Under the pieces are notes generated by a model. The model saw only the letters and a program-made list of their open reading frames with translations, searched no databases and was not told where the DNA came from. 50,756 bases of DNA from Patescibacteria group bacterium (GTDB lineage Bacteria > Patescibacteriota > Minisyncoccia > Phycocordibacterales > DATDWN01): positions 1 to 50,756 of the forward strand of contig JAZKJH010000001.1 of assembly GCA_040384485.1 (NCBI GenBank), given 5' to 3'. The translations under genes and the position numbers were made by a program. Of the stretch, positions 43,695 through 50,756 are shown one piece after another; positions within the stretch are counted from its first letter, which is position 1, and every line of letters begins with the position of its first letter.

Positions 43695-44503
43695 AAGTGT
43701 TGAGAACGGTTACGGTAAAGCTGAGTGATCTAAAAGTAAACCTCTTCGTGCGTAAGTCGCTGGATCAGGACCATGTCCTGCACCTCGCGGAACTCATCGA
43801 AGCAGGCGTTGAGATGAATACTCTCATTCAAGTCACCGAAGACATGAATGTGATTGACGGGCGGCACCGTAAGGAGGCCTATGACCTGGCCAAGAAAACC
43901 GAGGTCAGGGTACAAGTCCTTCGAATGGATGACGAAAGCGAACTCATCGGTTATGCCTACCGGGCAAACACCGGAGTGTCCAAGCTTCCGACTTCGGCGG
44001 ATACCGATCACACGATCATGCTCCTTCTTGAAAAGGGGGAAAGCATGAAGCGTATCGGTGAGCTTCTGGGTTTGCCGACGAGCGTGGCTCGCAAGTACGC
44101 AATGGAAGTCAAGTCGCGTATGGCTCGGGCCAAGTTGCAGCGAGCTGTGGATGCAGTCACGGAGGGTGGTCTAACCACCGTCAAGGCTGCAGAGCAGTAC
44201 GGCGTCGATCTCGACAAACTCAAGGAGTCCTTGTCCGGACGCCGGAAGAAGGGGAAGAAGGGGGTTGCTGAAATCCTCGCCAATCTCGGTCGAAACCAGA
44301 GGTCGCACAGTCAGAAGGTTGCGAATGCTCTTCGCAGCCTTCAGGACAAGTACGAGGATGGGGATGTGGTCGAACGTCAGGTTCGCCAAATTCTTCAGCA
44401 CATCGAGGAAGGAAACGCCCGCTCTGCTCGCAGTTTGACGGAGTGGAAGAAGCGCTTCGATGCCATCACAAATAAGTCAGCGAGTCTGAAGAAGTCCGCT
44501 TAA
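43691..44503 (+). CDS. ParB/Srx N-terminal domain protein with two HTHs
   Basis: VKLSDLKVNLFVR, VIDGRHRKEAY, AYRAN; HTHs SMKRIGELLGLPTSVARKY and LTTVKAAEQYGVDLDKLK; ATGA overlap with the upstream gene. Confidence 0.8.
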   Translation: MKVLRTVTVKLSDLKVNLFVRKSLDQDHVLHLAELIEAGVEMNTLIQVTEDMNVIDGRHRKEAYDLAKKTEVRVQVLRMDDESELIGYAYRANTGVSKLPTSADTDHTIMLLLEKGESMKRIGELLGLPTSVARKYAMEVKSRMARAKLQRAVDAVTEGGLTTVKAAEQYGVDLDKLKESLSGRRKKGKKGVAEILANLGRNQRSHSQKVANALRSLQDKYEDGDVVERQVRQILQHIEEGNARSARSLTEWKKRFDAITNKSASLKKSA

Positions 44504-44556
44504 CTTTTTCAGCAATTATGTTCTTTACCTACTGTATAAGGTACAGTAGAGAGCTT

Positions 44557-44587
44557 AGCCCTGCACGTTTCGTGCAGGGCTTTTTTA
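44557..44587 (+). terminator. Intrinsic terminator of the three-gene operon
   Basis: AGCCCTGCACG-TTT-CGTGCAGGGCT plus T run, preceded by hairpin CTACTGTA/TACAGTAG (44529-44549). Confidence 0.85.
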
Positions 44588-44631
44588 TTGTATAAATCAG
44601 TATTTTGTGGTAGTGTATTGGTAAATATTTT

Positions 44632-45321
44632 ATGGATTTTGGTGAGTTTCAAAACAAAATAGGTACTAACTTTAAGGATGTTTCTCTGTTGAAGCAGGCT
44701 TTTGTGCATCGCTCATATATCAACGAAAACAGATCTTCTGGACTAGAACACAACGAAAGATTGGAGTTTTTGGGAGATGCTGTTCTAGAGCTTGTTATAA
44801 CAGACTTTCTTTTTAATAAATACAAAGACAAGGCAGAGGGGGAACTTACCGCTTACCGTTCAGCGCTAGTGAATGCTGACACCTGTGCCAAAATTGCTAC
44901 TGACTTAGACATGGGGAGTTATTTACTGCTGTCTAAAGGTGAAAGTAAGGATATGGGTCGTGCGCGACAGTATATTTTGGCAAACGCCCTCGAAGCTCTT
45001 ATCGGTGCAATTTATATTGACGGAGGCTATGATTCCGCCAAAAGTTTTATAGAGAAAAACTTTACTCCAAAAATTGAAAACATTATTTCTGAGGGAAGTC
45101 ACGTAGATGCAAAAAGTTTATTTCAAGAAAAAGCACAAGAGTTTGATGGCATTACTCCATTATATAAAACGATAAAAGAAACTGGTCCAGATCACGACAA
45201 AAAGTTTACAGTGGGGGTCTACATAGGAAAAGACTTGATGGCAACGGGGGAAGGTAAGTCTAAGCAGGACGCGGAGCAAGATGCAGCTCGCAAAGCTATT
45301 GAGACTCGAGGTTGGAATTAA
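44632..45321 (+). CDS. rnc: Ribonuclease III
   Basis: HNERLEFLGDAVL, ANALEALIGAI, dsRBD GPDHDKKF. Confidence 0.97.
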   Translation: MDFGEFQNKIGTNFKDVSLLKQAFVHRSYINENRSSGLEHNERLEFLGDAVLELVITDFLFNKYKDKAEGELTAYRSALVNADTCAKIATDLDMGSYLLLSKGESKDMGRARQYILANALEALIGAIYIDGGYDSAKSFIEKNFTPKIENIISEGSHVDAKSLFQEKAQEFDGITPLYKTIKETGPDHDKKFTVGVYIGKDLMATGEGKSKQDAEQDAARKAIETRGWN

Positions 45322-45369
45322 TAACTGAATAAAAAATAAAATAACCCTAAAAACAGGGTTATTTTTATG

Positions 45370-45399
45370 TTGACAAAATGGCAATAAAAGTGGTATAAT
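45370..45399 (+). promoter_or_regulatory. Near-consensus sigma70 promoter of the accessory transporter gene
   Basis: TTGACA (45370-45375), 18-nt spacer, TG-G-TATAAT (45394-45399); SD AAGGAG 45405-45410. Confidence 0.75.
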
Positions 45400-45416
45400 A
45401 ATAGAAGGAGAAATCA

Positions 45417-45821
45417 ATGACTGATTTTCAGATCAAGGCTGTTGTCGCCGGATTTTGTTTCGGTGTTTGGCCACTCATCATGAATAAAAGTGGTTTGAGC
45501 GGAGGCATGAGCTCTGTCGTTCTCACCATTATTGTACTGATGGTGGTAGGCTCAGCGAGTTGGAGTGAGCTCGGAAAGGTTGCAAACGTCAACTGGATTG
45601 TTGTGGTTACTGCGAGCATCATCTCGGGCATCGGCCTACTCATGTTCAATCGCGGGATCGCAATCACTGCGGCACAGGAAGTGAGCGTTTTCTTTCTCAC
45701 GGTTCTGCTGGCTCAGATGCTCGTTCCTGCTCTTTACCACGTTTTTCAAAATGGAATCAGCACTTACAAGTTGATTGGGTTTGGTTGTGCAGCACTGGCA
45801 GCCTACTTTCTCAATAAGTAA
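45417..45821 (+). CDS. Small DMT/EamA-like membrane transporter (single repeat)
   Basis: 134 aa, 4-5 TM helices, KLIGFGCAALAAYFL ending. Confidence 0.7.
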   Translation: MTDFQIKAVVAGFCFGVWPLIMNKSGLSGGMSSVVLTIIVLMVVGSASWSELGKVANVNWIVVVTASIISGIGLLMFNRGIAITAAQEVSVFFLTVLLAQMLVPALYHVFQNGISTYKLIGFGCAALAAYFLNK

Positions 45822-45899
45822 CAGCACACAACAGATAAGCACACGCTTTTCTCGGGTGTGCTTTTTTGTTATCCAAAATTTTTGCTATAATATGCCCAC

Positions 45900-48146
45900 A
45901 TGTACCTGAAGAGCATTGAATTAAACGGTTTCAAATCATTCGCAAAAAAAAGTGAATTAACTTTTACTTCAAAGGTTTCTGCTATTGTAGGACCAAACGG
46001 TTCTGGTAAATCCAACGTGGCTGAGGCATTTCGTTTTGTGCTTGGAGAACAGTCTATTAAATCCCTTCGAGGTAAAAAAGGAGAGGATCTTATTTTTAAT
46101 GGAGCGGGGGATTTGCCACGTGCTAACAGGGCTAGTGTAAAAATAGTTTTTGATAACTCCACCAAGTTTTTGCCAATTGATTTTGACACAGTCACATTGG
46201 AACGTATTGTTCATCGAGACTCTGTAAATGAATATTTGATAAACGGGTCTCAAGTGCGACTCAAAGACATTATTGAGCTTCTAGCTTCTGCACACATAGG
46301 TTCATCTGGGCATCATATTATTTCGCAAGGAGAAGCTGATAGAATATTGAACGCAAGTATTAAGGAGAGAAAAGCAATGATAGAGGAGGCTCTTGGTCTT
46401 AAAGTCTACCAATACAAAAAAGTAGAGAGTGAGAAGAAACTTTCCAAAACAAAAGAGAATATTGCTCACGTGGAGTCTCTTAGACGTGAGATAGCCCCAC
46501 ATATCAGGTTTCTTAAAAAACAAGTCGAAAAAGTAGAGAAAGCATTAGAGCTTCGAAAAGAACTAGAGACAGAAGCTTTGGAATATTGCAGAAGAGAAGA
46601 TGAGTATATAAAACTGGAAACAAGCAAGATTGAAGATATTAAAAAACCTTTGTTAGAACAACAACGAGCTCTTGAAGAAGAACTGACTAATGCAAAGAAA
46701 GTTTTGAGTGAAGGAGAGTCGCAAGACAAAAAAAGTGACGAACTACTTTCACTAGAAAGTGCGATACACACTTGTCGAAATGAAAAAGACGCTTTGTTTA
46801 GAGACTTTGGACGAATTGACGGAGAGATATCTTCTTTGATTAGAATGATAGAGAAACAGGAACGGGTCGCGAGTTCACACGAATACAAAACAGTTCCTTT
46901 GGTCTCTGTAGAAGGTGTGAGATCGCAGATCGAAAAGAAGATACAGGAAGTTAGGTATTCTCAGGACTTTTTTGTATTAATAAAAACACTTGATGATGTA
47001 TATCGCTTAGTGAGTGATTTTATTGAACAAAATAAAGACAAGGTAGACATGTCACTTTTGGTTGATGCCCAGAAAGACATTGAAGCACTTCGTGTTTCTA
47101 AGCAGGGTATTGAACAAAAAATACAAATTATTCAAACAAAGGAAAAAGAACTAGAAGTTTCCTATAACAGACTTAAGGAATCAATTGAGAAAGAAAAAGA
47201 TTCAAACAGAGACGCTGAAAAAGCAGTTTTTAGAATAATGACTGAGGCTGGGGAAACTCGAAATAGTTTAAAACTTATCGAAAGTGAAGAAGATCTACTG
47301 CGAATGGTAAAAGAAGATTTTAGAAGAGAGTTAACTGAACTAGGTGTGCTTTTGGGTTCCCATATACTTCAGTATGCTTCACTTACCTTTGATTTTAGCG
47401 AATCGAGAAGTGCCCAGGAAGAAAGGAGAAGGAAACTAGAAAAAATCAAAATTCGCTTGGAGGATTCCGGTGCTGGTTCTGCAGGAGATGTAATGAAAGA
47501 ATATAAAGATGCTACAGAAAGAGATGAATTTTTACAGAAGGAACTAACGGACTTGGACAACTCTGCCAAGTCACTTAACGAGCTTATCCAAGAACTTGAT
47601 CTGAAACTGGGAACAGAATTCCGAAACGGAATAGACAAAATCAATACTCAGTTTAGGGAATACTTTGCGATGATGTTCGGTGGAGGAACAGCAGAATTAT
47701 CTGTTATTAAAACTCAAAAAAGAAAAAAACTCAGCGATGAACTTATGGACGTAGAGGGTAGCGAAGAGTTTATAAGTGACGAACCAGAAGAAGATGGTAT
47801 TGAAATAGAAGTAAACCTGCCAAAGAAAAAAGTAAAAGGACTCATGATGCTTTCTGGAGGAGAAAGAGCCCTGACTTCTATCGCTTTGCTTTTTGCTATA
47901 TCTCAAGTAAACCCACCGCCATTTATCATACTAGATGAAACAGATGCAGCGCTCGACGAAGCTAATTCAAAGAAATATGGAGATATGGTAGAAAATTTAT
48001 CAAAATTTTCTCAACTTATTGTTATTACTCACAACAGAGAAACCATGTCACGAGCGGGGATATTGTACGGCGTTACTATGGGTTCAGGGGGTGGTTCCAA
48101 GTTACTTTCTGTTGCATTCGAGGAAGCAGTTTCGACTGCAAAATAA
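45900..48146 (+). CDS. smc: Short SMC-family ATPase (748 aa)
   Basis: LNGFKSF, GPNGSGKSN, IISQGE, LSGGE, ILDETDAALD, VITHN; near rnc as in rnc-smc loci. Confidence 0.9.
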   Translation: MYLKSIELNGFKSFAKKSELTFTSKVSAIVGPNGSGKSNVAEAFRFVLGEQSIKSLRGKKGEDLIFNGAGDLPRANRASVKIVFDNSTKFLPIDFDTVTLERIVHRDSVNEYLINGSQVRLKDIIELLASAHIGSSGHHIISQGEADRILNASIKERKAMIEEALGLKVYQYKKVESEKKLSKTKENIAHVESLRREIAPHIRFLKKQVEKVEKALELRKELETEALEYCRREDEYIKLETSKIEDIKKPLLEQQRALEEELTNAKKVLSEGESQDKKSDELLSLESAIHTCRNEKDALFRDFGRIDGEISSLIRMIEKQERVASSHEYKTVPLVSVEGVRSQIEKKIQEVRYSQDFFVLIKTLDDVYRLVSDFIEQNKDKVDMSLLVDAQKDIEALRVSKQGIEQKIQIIQTKEKELEVSYNRLKESIEKEKDSNRDAEKAVFRIMTEAGETRNSLKLIESEEDLLRMVKEDFRRELTELGVLLGSHILQYASLTFDFSESRSAQEERRRKLEKIKIRLEDSGAGSAGDVMKEYKDATERDEFLQKELTDLDNSAKSLNELIQELDLKLGTEFRNGIDKINTQFREYFAMMFGGGTAELSVIKTQKRKKLSDELMDVEGSEEFISDEPEEDGIEIEVNLPKKKVKGLMMLSGGERALTSIALLFAISQVNPPPFIILDETDAALDEANSKKYGDMVENLSKFSQLIVITHNRETMSRAGILYGVTMGSGGGSKLLSVAFEEAVSTAK

Positions 48147-48188
48147 AAACACCGCACAGGATTAAACTCCTGTGCGGCGCGTGTCTTT

Positions 48189-48413
48189 TCAGTGCTTCAG
48201 TTTGCAGAAGCAAGAGGGAGGAAAGTGCCGAGGCACTCCCTGCCCGTCGGTGATCGGTAGGTCGCCTGGACCTGGCGAGAGGATGAGCCCCTCGATGTCC
48301 ACTGCGACTACCAAGAGTTCACCCGGTCGTCGCTGACCAATACCAACCTCTCGCATTTGGAGAACCGTATCGCCTGGAGCGATCGGTTCTACCGGCTCAA
48401 CTCGTCGATTCAT
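48189..48413 (-). CDS. Small hypothetical accessory protein (74 aa)
   Basis: AAGGAG at 48424-48419; GC-rich; hairpin CCGCACAGG/CCTGTGCGG downstream; IAPGDTV...LLVVAV beta pattern. Confidence 0.6.
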   Translation of the reverse strand: MNRRVEPVEPIAPGDTVLQMREVGIGQRRPGELLVVAVDIEGLILSPGPGDLPITDGQGVPRHFPPSCFCKLKH

Positions 48414-48534
48414 CTGCTCTCCTTAAATTTTGTCCAATTACAATTATACAATACATGTAGTTATTATGCAAACAAAATATATCCCCCGATTTGACTTTGA
48501 TGCTATCAGAGAATAAACTCCAAAAGGAGGTTGT

Positions 48535-48747
48535 ATGGCTAGTAAAAGGCGACTTCGACGGAGAAGTTGTAAGAACAAGATTCGTCATCATGACCAGACC
48601 AGTGCAGTAAATCATTTGATCGGGCTCGGAATTAAGAGGCAAGGACACCATACATACAAGTGTGGGTTTTGTTCCGGTTGGCATGTTGGCCGTCCAGACA
48701 AGAAAATGCGACAGATTTTGAGTTCAAAAAAACCTAGTGTCAGATGA
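48535..48747 (+). CDS. Small basic Cys/His (Zn-ribbon-like) protein (70 aa)
   Basis: AGGAGG at 48525-48530; SCKNKIRH...YKCGFCSGWHVG. Confidence 0.7.
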   Translation: MASKRRLRRRSCKNKIRHHDQTSAVNHLIGLGIKRQGHHTYKCGFCSGWHVGRPDKKMRQILSSKKPSVR

Positions 48748-48764
48748 CCTAGGTTTTTATTTTT

Positions 48765-50708
48765 TTATTCTGTGACTAAGGAGTAATCTAGAACTCTTCT
48801 TTCCATGTCAGCCGAGACAACCTTGAATTTAATAGTATCTCCCAAAGTGTATTTCTTTCCGGTCTTGTCTCCTTTGATCGTGTAGTTTTTCTCATCTAGT
48901 GTGTAGTAGTCGTCGCCCAGGTCTCGGATTTTTATCATACCTTCACATTTAGTTTCCTTTTCTTCTACATACATGCCCCATTCAGTAACTCCTGTTATTG
49001 TTCCCAGGAAAGTTTCTCCTACATGCTCTAACATGTATTCTACCTGTTTGTATTTAATACTTGCTCTTTCTGCATCAGAAGCTTTTTTCTCAAGTTCAGA
49101 GGATTCCAAACAAATTCTTTCAAACTTCTGGTACTCATCTTGCTCGACTTTGCCACCCTTCAGTTCTCTTTCTAGGAATCGATGCACAAGTAAGTCCGGG
49201 TAACGCCTGATAGGGGAAGTAAAGTGAGTGTAATAAGTAAAAGCTAACCCAAAGTGACCAATATTTTTTGTAGAGTAAACCGCCTTTGCCATGCTTCGGA
49301 TAGTAGCTGTTTTGATCAATTCTTCATTTGGAGTTCCTTCTACTTCTTTGAGAAGGTTGTTTATGTCTCTAGAAGTTACCTTACCGTCTTTGTTGTTTAA
49401 GTTAAACCCAAGTGCTTTTAGGAATATTGCCAAGTTTTCAATTCTATCTACATCTGGTGCTCCGTGGATTCGATATACTGACTGCTTACCCTTTGCGATA
49501 TCTTTGTTTTGAGACATGAATACGAACTTTGCTACAGCTCGGTTTGCCAAAAGCATATACTCTTCAACTAGTTTGTGTGTATCAAGTCTACTTTTTTTGT
49601 AAACTTTTATCGGTTTGCCTTTTTCGTCTAGTACGAATTTTACTTCTTCTGTTTCAAAAGCAATAGCACCATTTCCGAATTTCTGAGCTTCTAGTTTTTT
49701 TGCTATTTCGCGAAGTTTCCGTAGTTCTACTTGGTATGGTCCATTTTGTTTGCCGTCTATAACTTCTTGGGCATCTTCGTATGTAAATCTTTTATCACTG
49801 TGAATAACAGTTCTGCCAAACCATTCCTCCAGAACTTTTCCTTCACCTGTCATTTTAAACACAGCTGAAAAAGTAAACTTGTCTTCATTCGGGTTGAGTG
49901 AACACAAGTCGTTCGAAAGAACTTCTGGAAGCATAGGAATAGTTCTGTCTACCAAGTAAACCGACAAACCTCTTTTTTCAGATTCTCTATCTAGCGCAGT
50001 GCCAGGAGTAACAAAATGAGACACATCCGCAATGTGAATTCCAATCTCAAAAGTGTCGTCTCCAAGGTCCACAAATGAAATAGCGTCGTCAAAGTCTTTT
50101 GCATCAAAAGGGTCGATAGTCATTGTAGTAACTCCACGCATGTCCCTTCGGTTCTTTATCTCATCTGCAAAAGTGTTTTTGTATTCTTTTTTTATTTTCT
50201 CTGCTTCTTGCTCAACTTCGTGGGGGAACTCTATTCTAAAACCTTTTTCCAGAACAATAGATTCCATTTCGGTGTTGTTTTCGCCCTTTTGCCCTATAAC
50301 TTTCAAAACTTTGCCTTCTAGGGTTTCCCAGTCCGATATTTTTACTAAAACTTTTTGCCCGTCAGTAGCTCCAGAATCAGGGGACAGGAAAATATCCACA
50401 TACATTCTTTTGTCATCTGGTTTTACATATGTTTTTCCATCCTGTGTTTCGACAACACCAACAAATTCATCTCTTTTTCGCTCCATAATCTGAACAACTT
50501 TTCCTTGTTGTCGATTTCGGATTTTTTCTTTAGTAGTCTCGATTTGTACTATATCTCCGTGAAAAGCACGGTTCACATACTGAGGCTGGATTTCTATACT
50601 GTCTTCTCGGTCTTCTATGTCGAAAAACCCTACACCCTTGCTATTTATACTGATTGGACCCACGAAAAGTTCTTCTTTCATAAGGGGCATTCTAACATAG
50701 TTGACCAT
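48765..50708 (-). CDS. rnr: Ribonuclease R
   Basis: TIDPFDAKDFDDA, GIHIADVSHF, YTHFTSPIRRYPDL, C-terminal S1 domain. Confidence 0.96.
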   Translation of the reverse strand: MVNYVRMPLMKEELFVGPISINSKGVGFFDIEDREDSIEIQPQYVNRAFHGDIVQIETTKEKIRNRQQGKVVQIMERKRDEFVGVVETQDGKTYVKPDDKRMYVDIFLSPDSGATDGQKVLVKISDWETLEGKVLKVIGQKGENNTEMESIVLEKGFRIEFPHEVEQEAEKIKKEYKNTFADEIKNRRDMRGVTTMTIDPFDAKDFDDAISFVDLGDDTFEIGIHIADVSHFVTPGTALDRESEKRGLSVYLVDRTIPMLPEVLSNDLCSLNPNEDKFTFSAVFKMTGEGKVLEEWFGRTVIHSDKRFTYEDAQEVIDGKQNGPYQVELRKLREIAKKLEAQKFGNGAIAFETEEVKFVLDEKGKPIKVYKKSRLDTHKLVEEYMLLANRAVAKFVFMSQNKDIAKGKQSVYRIHGAPDVDRIENLAIFLKALGFNLNNKDGKVTSRDINNLLKEVEGTPNEELIKTATIRSMAKAVYSTKNIGHFGLAFTYYTHFTSPIRRYPDLLVHRFLERELKGGKVEQDEYQKFERICLESSELEKKASDAERASIKYKQVEYMLEHVGETFLGTITGVTEWGMYVEEKETKCEGMIKIRDLGDDYYTLDEKNYTIKGDKTGKKYTLGDTIKFKVVSADMERRVLDYSLVTE

Positions 50709-50756
50709 TTTGGGCTATTCTGTTAGTATAACCCTCATGTTAAAGATACGATTACA

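Noticed and set aside
42582-45900. Canonical parS site near the ParB-like gene and smc
   Set aside because: No TGTTTCACGTGAAACA-like palindrome; nearby inverted repeats are terminator-type.
1-50756. CRISPR array or long tandem repeat
   Set aside because: No regularly spaced direct repeats or cas genes were seen by eye.
1-50756. Genetic code 25 (TGA=Gly) as in Gracilibacteria/Absconditabacteria
   Set aside because: Core genes are intact under code 11, and TGA ends genes cleanly (4181, 43424, 43694).

Overview
This is a 50.8 kb chromosomal segment of a small-genome bacterium that reads as Patescibacteria/CPR, most likely Parcubacteria. That call is inference from gene content: truncated PheS, PheT and ThrRS, split transketolase, class II RNR, a short SMC, and core genes lacking Shine-Dalgarno sequences. 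TGA is used as a stop, so the code is 11. The core genes are secG, lemA plus a TPM gene, a cyclophilin, an RRM protein, nrdJ, a gap-rpiB-rpe-tkt-pfkB-fba carbon cluster, rplY, rpmE, prfA, rpsB-tsf, pheST, gyrB, thrS, dnaE, rnhB, rpmF, nusB, rnc, smc and rnr. There are also tRNA-Ser(GGA) and tRNA-Thr(TGT). Scattered between core genes are self-contained accessory genes, often visibly GC-richer, with Shine-Dalgarno motifs and hairpin terminators; several have a recognisable promoter. No CRISPR array, integrase, transposase or prophage module is visible. Best leads: (1) a coupled three-gene nucleic-acid-binding operon (tandem HTH, cold-shock-like OB fold, ParB/Srx-HTH) between nusB and rnc; (2) two diverged copies of a ~90-nt nested-hairpin element with compensatory changes, each just after a stop codon, plus two related hairpin clusters; (3) a miniature T-box riboswitch before a truncated thrS; (4) at least 13 genes with a -10 box 6-8 nt before the ATG (leaderless), contrasting with the SD-led accessory genes; (5) a short SMC with no recognisable hinge; (6) a NusB fused to a Nudix domain with a degenerate catalytic motif. 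All family assignments are by motif recognition only and need HMM or structure confirmation.
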